A stretch of 64,000 nucleotides of DNA from Prorocentrum cordatum. Taxonomy: Eukaryota. Both the position numbers and the translations under genes were made by a program. Of this stretch, positions 12,565 through 23,939 are shown piece by piece (position 1 is the first letter of the stretch; each line of letters begins with the position of its first letter). Under the pieces are notes generated by a model. The model did no database searches. It saw only the letters and a list, made by a program, of their open reading frames with translations, and had not been told where the DNA came from. The stretch covers positions 2,728,001-2,792,000 of the forward strand of contig CAUYUJ010000001.1 in NCBI GenBank assembly GCA_963575745.1, in the 5' to 3' direction.

Positions 12565-13689
12565 AAAGGAGAAAGAGGAGGAGGCCTTTCCTTACAAACC
12601 GTAGCTCATCGTTACACGCTGCCGCCATACGCCGGAGTCAGGGCACCGCAACATAGGCCCTGTGCACCGTAGGCCCTCGGCAAGAGCCGCACCTGCTCGT
12701 CAGGAGCGTCGGGGAGGGCAGGAGCATTGCGTTTGCAGCTTGGGGAGTTCTGGGCACCCTTGCCAGTGTGCGGTGCGCTGTGTCCCAGCGGGCTTCTCTG
12801 CCAGTCCGATGTTATGCGCCATGATGTTTTCCATCGTGCGCGCACTGGTTCCATAACTTTGAGGCTGTTCGAGCGCTGCGTTCCGATCTCTTTGTCTAAA
12901 GGTCGCGGCCATCAAGACGCAATGGCTCACGCAAGCCAGCGTTTGCCCAACGCAAAAAAGAAGATGATGGGTGTGGGGAGGGAAGGATAACCACCACTGA
13001 CAATGAGGACGAATACGAATAGGATAAAAGCAGGTGGTGGACAATAATTGGACGCGAGATGAGAGAGGGGAGGAAGAAAGGGAGGATTAAGACAATAAGG
13101 AGGAGGAGGAGGACGAGGAGGAGGAGGAGGAGGACGAGGACGATGAGGAGGGAGGATGATCAGGAGGACAATGAGGACGAGAAGGAGGATGATGAGGTCA
13201 AGAGTCAAGAGGAGAACGACCGCCGACCACAATGAGGGGAATGACGAGCGAGCCAGCGAGCGCGCGAGTCTGGCAGAGTTGGGGCCTGTTCAGGCCCGCG
13301 CGAGGGGACTTCTTCTTCTTCCCCCCCCCCCTCAACCTCGTCTGGTTTCGGAGCGGCCGTTCGGGACGATCCAGGCACCCCGGAACGCCCTCGGCGAGGC
13401 GCAGCTGCTGGAACGTATCCCGAGGCGAGAAAATCTGGCGGAAACAACGACACTCTCCCCCCTCTCGAGGGCCTCTTGGGCCGTCTTGGGCGATCCTGAC
13501 GCCGCCTTGGAGACCTCTTGCGGCCATCCTGGGCTCTCCTGGGGCCGAGGAGGAGGAGCAGGAGGAGCAGCAGGAGGAGGAGCAGGAGGAGGAGGAGGAG
13601 GAGGAGGAAGAGGAGGCCCACTGGCCGCCCTGGAGGCCCCCTTGGAGGCCCTCTTGGGGCCGCTTCCAGGTGGCTCCGCGGAAGGCCCC

Positions 13690-13870
13690 CGTCGCAGGGG
13701 GGGGCGTGGCGCTGGCGGCCTCCGACTCCGCCGCCGCCCCGCTGTGTGCCGCCTCCGCGGTGACGTTCCGGACCTCGGCCTCGCGCTCGGCCGCCTGGGC
13801 CTGCAGGCCCGCGGTGAGGTTCCGCAGGTCCACGAGCTCGGCTTGGAGGCCCTCGGACCGGTACCTCGGG
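13690..13870 (-). other. Possible small exon of a coiled-coil host gene (..SEGLQAELVDLRNLTAGLQAQAAEREAEVRNVTAEAA..)
   Basis: GC3-rich, protein-like composition amid repeats. Similar islands lie at ~14420-14500, 16430-16490, 17640-17770 and 33215-33280 on the same strand. Splice sites not resolved. Confidence 0.3.
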
Positions 13871-15103
13871 CGGGAGGGCCACTGGAGCCTCGGGCAGGGT
13901 CCGATCACGTCCTGCGTCCCATCCCGCTCATCTGTCCTCGTCGTCGTCGTCGTCTTTCTCCTCCTGCCTTTGGCTTCCTCCTTCTCGTTCACTGCTTTGT
14001 CGACTTCTCTTAGCGATCTCTTCTTCTACATGTTCTTGGTCTTCTTCTCCTTCGTCCTCCTCATCGTCATTCCTGTTTGGACAAGCGCGTTCCACTGCTC
14101 GGTAAGTAACTACTCGCACATGGCCTGGTTCCGCCGCGGGGGATTTACGATATATTGATCGAAGCACACATGTGTGTTTTCAGACGTTTGGGAGTGGGCG
14201 ATTTGAGAGTAGTGGAACGCGCTCGGTGACTGCTCCTCCTCCTCCTCCTCCTCCTCCTCCTCCTCCTCCTCCTCCTCCTCCTCCTCCTCCCCTATCCCTG
14301 CTCCCCCTCCCGTCACCCCTCCTCCTCTCTGCCTCCGCTCGCCCCCTGCCGCCCTCCCCCTCTGCCCTCCCCCGCCCCCCCCTCTGCCCGCCCCTGCCCC
14401 CCCCTCCCCCGTCGGCGCCGACGGCGCCTCTCCGCGGAGAGCTGCTCCCCGAGGCGACGGGCCTTCTGCCGCGCGCGGGGCGCCCGCGCACAGAGGCGCA
14501 GGCCGACGCCGCTCGCCGCCGCTCGCCGCCGCACCGCCGCCCGCGGCGTTGCCGCCGCGGTCGTCTTCGGCCGCCCCCGCGCCGTGCGCCGTCGCGTGCG
14601 CCGCCGTCGCCCCTCGCCGTCGTCCGCGGATGGTCGCTCGTCGCTCCTTCGCGGGTGCGCCGTTCGCGCGAGTCGGCACCGGCCGGCTGGTTCGCGCGCC
14701 TCGTCGGGGGCAGGGGGCCGAGGGGCAGGACTGGGGGGGCACAGAGGGGTGGATGATGGAGGGGGGGGAGGAGCAGGAGGAGGGAGGATGGACGGAGGAG
14801 GAGAAGCAGCCAACGCAGCAGCAGGAGCCGCCCCTGGACCCAGATCCGCTTTAAAACAACAGCAACTCCTGCGCGATCTGTTCGATCCGAGTGGCAGAAG
14901 GGTGGACGAGGGAGGGTGGGGGCGGTGCTGGACGGCATCCTCCCCGAGCAGAAGATGCCCTCGGTCCTCGACCAGCAAGGGCCTGGAGCGTAAAAGAAAC
15001 GTGGACAATCGATCCGCATCCCTGGCGCCCTCGACCTGTGGGCGGCGCCCTTCTCTGGCGCTCCTCCATGCTCCCATCCAGCACGGCAGGCAGGAGGCAC
15101 TTG

Positions 15104-15805
15104 CGTGACGTCGGGCATGTCCTCCTACAGGCGGATTTTGGAGAAGAGGAGAAGATAGTCAAAAAGTACTCAAACATGACCACAAAGGATGGGGCGGGTG
15201 CACCCGCACAGGCGGATCCCACCGGGGTGGGTGCACCCGCACAGGCGCATCCCACCCGGCGAGGAGGTAGAGGAGGCGGGGAGGCACCCGCACAGGCGGA
15301 CCCCGCCAGCAGAGAGGAAGACGACGAGAACAGAGGGCAGCGCACAGATGCCCGGGATGGAGAAACGGAGGAGGCAGAGGGCGAATGCAGGGAGGAGGAC
15401 GAGAAGGGTGAGGAGGGCGCAGGGGAATCTGTGGAGGCGGCAGAGGAGGAGGAGGCGGAGGAGGAAGGTTTCACCCCTGGAAGGTGCTGACTTCCGGGTG
15501 GACTTCATATGTTATATGTTTCACTTCTGTCGTGTTGCCGGTGAAGGGCCTCGGCATGTACAACGTTTACTCACGAAACATTGTCACCAGACTATTTGCC
15601 GATCTTCTAGAAGCTCCGGCAGGCCTCTGGCGGCCCTCGGCGGCCTTCGGCAGCGGTCGGCCCCTGGCGTGCGAGGCCCTGGTCTTTCCAGCGCGCGGTC
15701 CCCGGAAGTCCCCCCCTCCCCCTCCTCCTCATCCTCCTCCTCCTCGTCCTCCTCCTCCTCCTCCTCCTCCTCCTCCTCCTCTAGAGGGACATGCCCGACG
15801 TAACG
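15104..15805. mobile_element. ~700-bp non-autonomous TIR element
   Basis: Left end CGTGACGTCGGGCATGTCC versus right-end reverse complement CGTTACGTCGGGCATGTCC (18/19). CTTG flanks both sides (15100-15103, 15806-15809). Confidence 0.7.
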
Positions 15806-15949
15806 CTTGCAACGCACCGCCGCCGTGCCTGGCCGGAGCTATCCTGGGCCCTGGCGTGGCGCGCGTGCCTGCACGGCCGAGGCCGGCTCCGCAGAGAACC
15901 GCGGCGTCGAGCAGCGGCTGCGGGGCGGACTTGCCCCGCCGCGCGCCCC

Positions 15950-16420
15950 TGGCCCTCCTCCTCCTTCTGCCCTCTCCTCCTCCCCTCCCTCCCCCCCCTC
16001 CCTCCTCCCCCTCCTCCTCCACCTCCTCCCTCCCCCCCCCTCCCCCTCCCCTCCCCCCCCCTCTCCCCTCCTCCCCCCCCCCTCCTCCCCCTCCTCCCCC
16101 TCCTCCCGCTCCTCCTCCTCCTCCTCCTCCTCCTCCTCCTCCTCCTCCTCCTCCCTCCTCCTCCTCCTCCTCCTCCTCCTCCTCCTCCTCCTCCTCCTCC
16201 TCCTCCTCCCTCCCTCCTCCTCCCTCCCTCCCCCTCCTCCCCCTCCCCTCCTCCCTCCTCCCTCCTCCCTCCTCCCTCCTCCCTCCTCCCCTCCTCCCTC
16301 CTCCTCCCTCCTCCCTCCTCCCTCCTCCCTCCTCCTCCTCCTCCTCCTCCTCCTCCTCCTCCTCCTCCTCCTCCTCCTCCTCCTCCTCCTCCTCCTCCTC
16401 CTCCTCCTCCTCCTCCCCCG
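15950..16420. repeat. (CCT)n low-complexity tract
   Basis: Directly visible. Confidence 0.95.
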
Positions 16421-18055
16421 TCTCCGCCTCCTCGACGACGGCGCCGTCCGCCAGGGCGATGACGAGCACGGCGAGGCGCGGGGCAGGTGCGGGCGGGAGG
16501 ACGCCATCTCGACAACTGCACCCATCGAGGCTGGGCCCATCCCGGACCCGGCCTCGGCCTGGCCAGGATCGGCGTGGTGGGTGCAGAGCTGGGGTTAAGT
16601 CGGGCGTGTCCCCCGACAGGGGGACTTTGGGCGAGACATGAAAGATACTCAAACATACCCCCCCAAAAATGGGCAGAACTGGTCAAGAAGTCGTCCCCAC
16701 ACTATGTTTTGACTAAGTATTGTTGAACCTTCCTCCTGCAGAGGGACAGGCCCGACGTAAAGCTGGGGCGTTCCCTCCGAGAGGGGATTCTCCCCCCGAC
16801 CTGCGCGCCGGCCGCGCCGCTGTGCCCGCCGCCCGAGAAACTCGCACCCCGCGGCTCACGACGCTGTCCACGCTGGTTCGGCACCTTTGGGGTCCCGCCC
16901 AGGGCGCCCCCCCTCGTCGCCGCGGCGGCGGGGCCCGAGTGGAGAGGACAGCTCTTGGTTCTCCCCCTCCCAGGGCAGCCTCGGGGGGGGGGGGGGGGGG
17001 GGCGACTCTGCAGTGGTCGCCAGGACCTCCAGGTGCTGCCTTCGGGCGCCGACGGCCGTCGGGAAACGGCTCGCGACGACGACAGAGCGGTGCCAGGGGA
17101 GGGTCGAGAACTCCAGGACCCCACGTCTTGAGCAGCATCGTGACGCCAGAAGTCTGGGCCTCCTGACTCCTATCCGCCGCCAGAGAAGGTTGGCGAAACC
17201 TTGCAGCTCCTGCCGCTCCCCACTGCTTGTTCCCGGATCAGAGAGAAGTCTGAGATAACTTTCCCTGAACATGCGTTTGAGGTTGGGACGCGCGGCGATG
17301 GCGCTTCGCGGCCGATCTTATGCGCGTTTGGGGGTGCCCACGGACTTGGGAAATTCCTAGGTACTCATCTCCCTCGTCCACCTCCTCTGCCTCCCCCGTC
17401 CTCCTCTTGGAAGAGGGGGCGACCGATAACGGCCAAACGCCGAATGACGAACATCGGGCGACGAACGACGAAGACGCACGACGAGGGAGAGGATGATGAC
17501 GAGGGAAGGGACCACATCGACTATCAAAGAACGGCAGAACGAGGACGGAGCATGACAACGCTGATGACAGGAGGCGGACGAACGTTTACAGACGACGCCT
17601 GACGGACGTCGGCGACGGACGACGGACGAAACACGTCGGCGATGACGGAGGGGATCCAGGGCGGCCTCTTTCTTGCGTTCCTGCAAAGCTGCTTCTTGCT
17701 CGACCAACCTCCTCGCCGCGCGCCGAAGGTGGGGGGCGTCCAAACCGTCGCCGACGCTGGGCCGAATGCTGCTGCTGCTGCTGCTGCTCAACCGTGCTCC
17801 ATCCTCCCGCTCATGCTCCGCATCCTCTTCTTCTTCTTCTTCTTATTCTTCTTATTCTTCTTCTTCTTCCTTCTCCGGATCACCATCATCATTATTGTCA
17901 GCGACATCATCATCGTCAGCATCATTTAGATAATTGTTCTTCTCCTGCTCCTGCTCCTCATGTTCCCTCCCTTCCTCCTCCTCCTTCTCCTCCTCTTCAT
18001 CCAGAAATTGTTGCTGCTAGAGCTGCTCCAGTCCTTCCCCCTACATGCCCTTCTA

Positions 18056-18089
<34 letters not shown>

Positions 18090-18442
18090 CTCGCCTCCTC
18101 CTCCTCGTCCAGCTCCTGCCCCGCATCAGACTCCACCCCCTCCTTTTCTGACACCTGCGGCACTGGCGGACACAGCGGCACAGATGGGACCGACCACAAC
18201 CGAGGTCAATTTTTCTGACAACTCCGACCCACGTTCGCCCCCTGCTCCTGCTCCTTCTCCGCCCGTACTTTTTTTACCGCGACTCCATTGCTACAACACT
18301 TAGTGAATCATCCACCACAATGCCGCAGGCACTTAGTGGAATCCTGGACCTCACAGGGTTGTTATATAAGTATGTGAGTTTATGAGCGCGTATACGTATA
18401 CATGCATACTTGTTATATTGGTATACTAGCGCTCGTTACGTG

Positions 18443-18836
18443 GCTTCCCGGGGCCAGGCTCTTTTGCACGTTGTGAGACGCACCAGGACCAGGCGGCGAT
18501 CAGAAGCCATGGGTCGGGCGACGGAAGAGATATGCACAGGCTGGCGCGCGAATTCACTTGCGCGGCCCGCACCCTCTCGCGAGGATCGGCAAAACAAGCT
18601 ATTATCGGGATGGCATTGGGGAAAATGTCGAGCCAGAACGCGAGCACGTCCAACCTGTCGCAGACGCTGGGCATGCAGTTGCGAAAACTACCTGCACTTT
18701 TTAGCTTCCCTGGGCCAAGCTCTTCTGTGGCTTTTGGGACGCCAACAAGGCCAGGCGGGGATCTGAAGCCAGGGGCGGGGCGACGGAAGATATCAGCGCA
18801 GGCTGGCAGGCGAGCTCAATAGCGTGGCCCGCGCCC
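18443..18836. repeat. Pair of diverged direct repeats (~130 bp, offset ~261 bp) just 3' of the DNMT
   Basis: GCTTCCC.GGGCCA.GCTCTT...GGGCGACGGAAGA...CAGGCTGGC...GGCCCGC occurs at ~18443-18575 and ~18704-18836. Confidence 0.7.
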
Positions 18837-18893
18837 GGTCACGAATATACAACTGGTCGAAGGCCGAACATTCACACATCATTTCGTGAAGCA

Positions 18894-19613
18894 TCAACAC
18901 ATAGCTAGGAGATGACGGGCCCGAACGGGCTGGATGGGATGGGTTTCGACGATGCACTGGGCCGCAGCCTGGGCGAGCGGGAGCTGATACGCCGAAGCGA
19001 CTGCAGTCTTCTTCTGCCCCTGATCGTCGCTGCTGTCCAAACTCTCATACCGAGTATCCGTGCGGCTGTACAGGCCACGCTTACCTGTGCACCGATGCCG
19101 CAGGGCGAGCGTCGAGCAAGCGTGCCATGGCACGATGGTGGTCGCCTTGTTATATGAGGCGTTGTGCTGATACTGACGCAAGACAATATGACGACATGCC
19201 CAGCTCTGGAATAATCTCTGGAACTCGGGGCAAAGCCAGAGCTGGGATGTCCTTGGGTCCTTGAGAAAGACGAGCACGCGAGCGGCAATGCAAACGAGAA
19301 GCCGTTGGATTGTAACAGTGGCGATGCCCGCGCCCGCGCGGGCTTGCTCAGTACCAGCCAAGGCGGGCAGGCCAAAAATGAAGCGGTCAGACCTCAGAGG
19401 ATGTCGCCAGGCACAGATCCAGCCCGTGCAAGGGGCGCTTAGCCAGACCGCGACGGCGGCGCGAGACTTGATCCAGCCGAGGACGGTGCTTCTGAAGGCA
19501 GGCGCCACGCGGTCCTCCAGAGGGCTGCGTCGCCGGTCCAGGCCGAACGCGCCGTGGCCCGCGTCCGCCACGGCAGCGGCGATCGCGCCAGCCCCGCACA
19601 ACAGCTCCAGCAT
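18894..19613 (-). pseudogene. Degenerate C5 DNA cytosine methyltransferase domain (retroelement-associated type)
   Basis: Motif I LELLCGAG, motif IV SAPCTGW (PC intact), motif VI degraded to LKDPRTSQLW (expected ENP..S.LW), motif VIII-like QYQHNASYNKAT, motif X-like SAYQLPLA, in canonical order. Confidence 0.75.
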
Positions 19614-20997
19614 GGGCCGGCGCCGACGAGCCGGCGGGGCGCCGCGCGGCCGCCGCGGGCCGGCGGCGCGGCGGTGCTGCCGTCGCAGGCAGCGGCTCCC
19701 TGCCTCCGCTGGCGGGCCGCCTTGCGCGGCGCTGGGGTTGCCGGGCGCTGGCGGGCCCCGCGCCCGCTCCACCTCGCCGCGGCGCCCAGGAGCTCCGCGA
19801 CCACGGAGAGCAGCAGCCCGAAGTGCTGGTGGCAGGCCACCGCCGCTGCAGGCGGCGCCGCCAAGTGGGGCCCGCGCAGCTTCGCCGCCTTCCCGGGCCC
19901 GAGGCAGCAGGCGAACACGACTCGGCGACCTCTGGGTCGGGCTCCTCGTCGGGGATTCCGTATGTCATCGCGAACGACCCCTTCTTCGACACGGTGTCCA
20001 TCGGGCCGCCGTCTCTCTCGTCGCGGCCGCCGCCGGTGCTCGTAGTCGTCGCCTTCTGTAGCTCTTCCAGGAGCTTCTCCTGGACGGACAGATCCAACGC
20101 CGCTACAACTCCAGCCACTCCCGCTGGTCGGGTGTTGCTGGAAGTGTCCCTGGCACAAAGTGCCGCTAGGATTTTCAAGGAGACCCCCGCGGCCTCCAGA
20201 GCACCCCCCACGAAGCCCAGTTGGCACCAGGGGCTCTAAAAATGCAGTTTAAAACTGGGTGCGTCCTGGGTCAGCGACACCTTTGGCAACACCCGAGCTG
20301 GATGGGCCTTGACCGCGGCATTGACCGCGCCAGGTACGCCCGAGCCGGCGTCCATGGCGTGCCGAACGCCGCTTAAAAAGTCTGCAGGCGCTGTCCAGCA
20401 AAGATGGCACGCTGCCTCAGGCAAGAAGGTCTTCGGAGAGCGACAGGAGAACGTACGAGCAGGGGCAGAAGGGGAGGATGATAAGGGGGTGTAGGGGGAG
20501 CAGGGGGGAGTAGTAGCAGCAGCAGGGGCGGGGCAGAGGGAGGGGGAGCAGGAGGGGAGCGAGGAAGGATGAGAGAAAAGGAAATAGGAAGGGGGGAGGT
20601 GGGGGGACGGGGGGATGAGAACCAGCGGCAGGAGGAGGAGGGATGAGGGATCAGAGACCAGAACGACGATGAGGGCGAGGAGGGATGAGGAATGAGGCGG
20701 GGAGGATTCAGAAGCTGAGTAGGCAAGCCAAGAAGACGACGAGGGAAACTAAGATAGAGAGATGGTCGAAGGGAACAGGGGAATGATGGTAAGGAGAAGG
20801 AGGACGAGGTTAGTCGGAAGGGGGGAGGAGGCAGAGGCGAGATTCGAGCAAGAGTGGGCGGAATGAGGAGGATGATGAGGACAGGAGGGGGAGGATCTGA
20901 GGAAGGTGGGTCAGCAAGAGGAAGAGCAGGATGAAGAGGACGAGGTCGGATAAAGATGGAAAAGAGGAGCGAGGAGGAAGGCGGGAGGGAGCGAGAT

Positions 20998-21110
20998 GGG
21001 ATCCCACTGGCCCTCTGGGCGTAGGTGGTTTAGAGCACGATTCCTTCCCAGACCTTTTCTTCCCCTTTGGGCAGAGGTTACCCCTCATCCTACGTATCCC
21101 CTCCCCGAAG
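20998..21110 (+). repeat. Diverged copy of the left end of the 39733-42103 element
   Basis: ATCCCACTGGCCCTCTGGGCGTAGGTGGTTTAGAG aligns with ATCCCACCAGCCCTTTCGGGCGTCGGTGGTCTAGAG at 39734. Confidence 0.65.
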
Positions 21111-21730
21111 TTTCTGGACAAGGGCTCAGCGAGGGGTTGGAACATCCGAGATGGTTCCAAGATGGTCCAAGCAATCCAAAGGCCACCAGGGTGGCGCAAA
21201 ACGGCGTAAGCATGTCAAACATTGACTCCAGCATGCCTCCAGACGGCCCCAACATTGCTTGAGTTGGCCAGGACGCGTCGCAAGGATGCCCCCGCGAGAG
21301 GGCAACATCGTCCACAAAAGAATTGATACGCGACCTCTGCCTCCTCGGAGAGGGAGGAGGCTCCCCAAGTTACCGGGGGCCACAAAAAGCTCCCAGAAGC
21401 CCACCAACTTCGAACCTCGATTCTCGTGACTGCCGTCGTCGTCGTCGTCCGCCTCCTGCAATCACAAAAGGAGGTCGGGAGACAACGCGCGCTCCCCCAC
21501 CCCCACAGACGCCGCAGATCCTCCTCCTCTCTTCTTCCTGATTCTCCTCCTCCTCCCTGAGGGAGAGGGCCTCCCCAGCGGGGGCCGCGTCGTCCTCTGG
21601 AGGGCGGCGTCGTGTGTAGAGAAGTGCTCCTCCGAGGGGGGAGGGGGGGCAGAGGTGGCCCTCTGGAAGCGTGCCCCAGCTGCAGAGGACCGGCCGGGGG
21701 ACGGGGGGGGCAGCTTGGTGAGGCTTCGGA

Positions 21731-21990
21731 CTGCGCACAGACAGTCAACAGGCCCACGGAGTAGCCCGAGGCGGTCTTAACACACTGCACCGCCTGTGGC
21801 AGCGCCCCTTGGGCGCTCCGCACCCCCGGGTTGGGGTGTTGAGACCGCCCTGGGCTACTCGGGTCTGCGCACAGACAGTCAACAGGCCCGCGGAGTACAA
21901 TAGTGCGAGGCGGTCTTAACACCCTGCACCGCCCGTGGCGGCGCCCCTTGGGCGCTCCGCACCCCAGGGTCGGGGTGTTGAGACCTCCCG
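21731..21990. repeat. ~134-bp tandem duplication containing a ~100-bp foldback unit
   Basis: CTGCGCACAGACAGTCAACAGGCCC at 21731 and 21865. Inverted arms GAGTAGCCCGAGGCGGTCTTAACAC / GTGTTGAGACCGCCCTGGGCTACTC span 21759-21860. Confidence 0.8.
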
Positions 21991-22197
21991 GAGGAGGAGG
22001 AGGAGGAGGAGGAGGAGGAAGAGGAGGAGGAGGGGGAGGAGGAGGAGTCTACCTGGGTGGAGCTCTCCGTGTGCAGCCCGAAGGCTTACCAGTGGTCCAC
22101 TGGAGTCCTCCTCCTTCTCCTGCTTTTCCTGCCGCTGTGAGAACGGCCTGGTGCCCGATGTTGGCTGGTTTGGGCATCTTCACATGCCTCCAGCAAG

Positions 22198-22299
22198 GGG
22201 TGATGATGCTGCTGATGATGCTGATGCTGATGCTGCTGCTGCTGCTGCTGCTGCTGACGACGACGACGACGACGATGATGATGATGATGATGATGATGC

Positions 22300-22340
<41 letters not shown>

Positions 22341-22341
22341 C

Positions 22342-22420
<79 letters not shown>

Positions 22421-22495
22421 CATGATGATGCTGATGATGATGATGATGCTGATGATGATGCGGATGATGGTGATGGTGATGGTGATGCTGCTGCT
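22198..22495. repeat. (GAT)n / (GCT)n microsatellite
   Basis: Directly visible. Confidence 0.95.
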
Positions 22496-22959
22496 CGCGC
22501 GATGGACCCCCCCAACCACCCTGTGCGCATGGCGTGGTGGGGTCTTCCCTGTGGGCGTGCGGTGGTGGGTATGGGGTCTGGCCCTCCCCTCCGTCCGGGT
22601 GGAGGAGGAGGATGACGACGACGACATCAGCGTCGGCATCGGCATCTGCACATGCATCGCCGTCCTCGGCATGACGCAAAACTTCTACCCTTGACGGCGG
22701 GGAGGTGCCAATCTGTAATCGTCGTCGTCGTCGTCGTCGTCGTCGCTCCCCCCATCCCATCTGGGGTGGGGGTGGGGTGGGGGGCGGCCAGAGGGACCCT
22801 GAGACCCGTCCCATCTGGGGGGGGCGTGGGCCCAGAGCCCGGGATCATATATACATACATATATATATGTACACATGTATATACATACATACATGTAGAT
22901 CAATGTGTCTACAGACCTTGTATGGCTTAGTGGCGTTTCGGCTCAGACATTGCATTTCC

Positions 22960-23027
22960 AGAATTTGCGTTCACACGCTCGGTTTTCCCCAAGAGAATTT
23001 GCGTTCACACGCTCGGTTTTCCCCAAG
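22960..23027. repeat. 34-bp exact tandem duplication
   Basis: AGAATTTGCGTTCACACGCTCGGTTTTCCCCAAG x2. Confidence 0.9.
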
Positions 23028-23766
23028 AGGCGGGCGCCATTCACAGCGAGCGGCTTCAGTATGGTCTGGGCAACGAGCAAGCGACCACATTGCGGCGACG
23101 AAGAAGCTGATCCTGCTTTCTGGAAACGAAGGCGGCCAGCAGCAACGATAATGGGCACACATGGGGTTTCATCACAGCCCGAAATCCCGACCTCGCGCCA
23201 CATACTCTCGCAAGACCCTGTCCGCAAGCGGACTGCCAACAGCATCGGCACGGCACTGGCTACAAGCACCAGCGCGCTCGTATCATCTCCCCACGGCTCC
23301 ACTGCGAGAACAGACGGGGTTGGGCTCCGCGTGCAACGCCCCTTCGGCGTCGACGTGGCCACACACAGTCAACCTACGACCGCAAGGAACAATGGATAAG
23401 GAAGGAACCCCTCGTTCAGCCCCGAACGCGCCTGGGTACGAGAGGAGCGCTGGAGGCACAACCATGGAAGGTAAGGTCAGGTGAACCGCTGGAGGCAACA
23501 CAACTCGTAGTGAGCACTCAACAGCTCACGACGTGCTAACGGAGCCCCTGCGCAGGCAAGCTAGCAGCATCGAAAGGGGCACTGCACGAGCTGCTCGCAT
23601 GCTAATGGAGCTCCTGCGCAAGTAAACTGTGGAAGGACCTCAAGAGCGCACCCTTCCGAACTCGAGCTGCGGAGCACTTCAACGCATCGGCTGCACGCGG
23701 GCTTGGGCCTGCCAAGAACTTACCAAACTCTTTCCCGGGCCTGTCCTCGGCCCCGGTCATCCCCAA

Positions 23767-23939
23767 CTAGGGCTCCCAACTTCGCGCTTCGCGCTGCGCG
23801 AAGCGCGAAGCGCGAATAACTTCGCGCTCTCGCGCCGCCCCCCCAAAGGGAGAATAGGAGGACGAGGAGGAGGGGGAGAAGGAGCGAGGACCGCGAAGCG
23901 CGAAGCGCGAATAACTTCGCGCCCTCGAGGGAGCCCTTG
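23767..23939. mobile_element. MITE family B, copy 1 (173 bp), 5-bp TSD CCCAA
   Basis: Ends CTAGGGCTCCC...GGGAGCCCTTG. CCCAA at 23762-23766 and 23940-23944. A second copy lies at 63655-63827. Confidence 0.9.

Noticed and set aside
21903..22814. Poly-M/D/H/I ORFs
   Set aside because: Translations of the (GAT)n microsatellite.
23040..23500. Possible LINE RT fragment (SRHILSQDPVRKRTANSIGTAL..)
   Set aside because: Only a vague resemblance to the RPIxL..K region, with no diagnostic motif.
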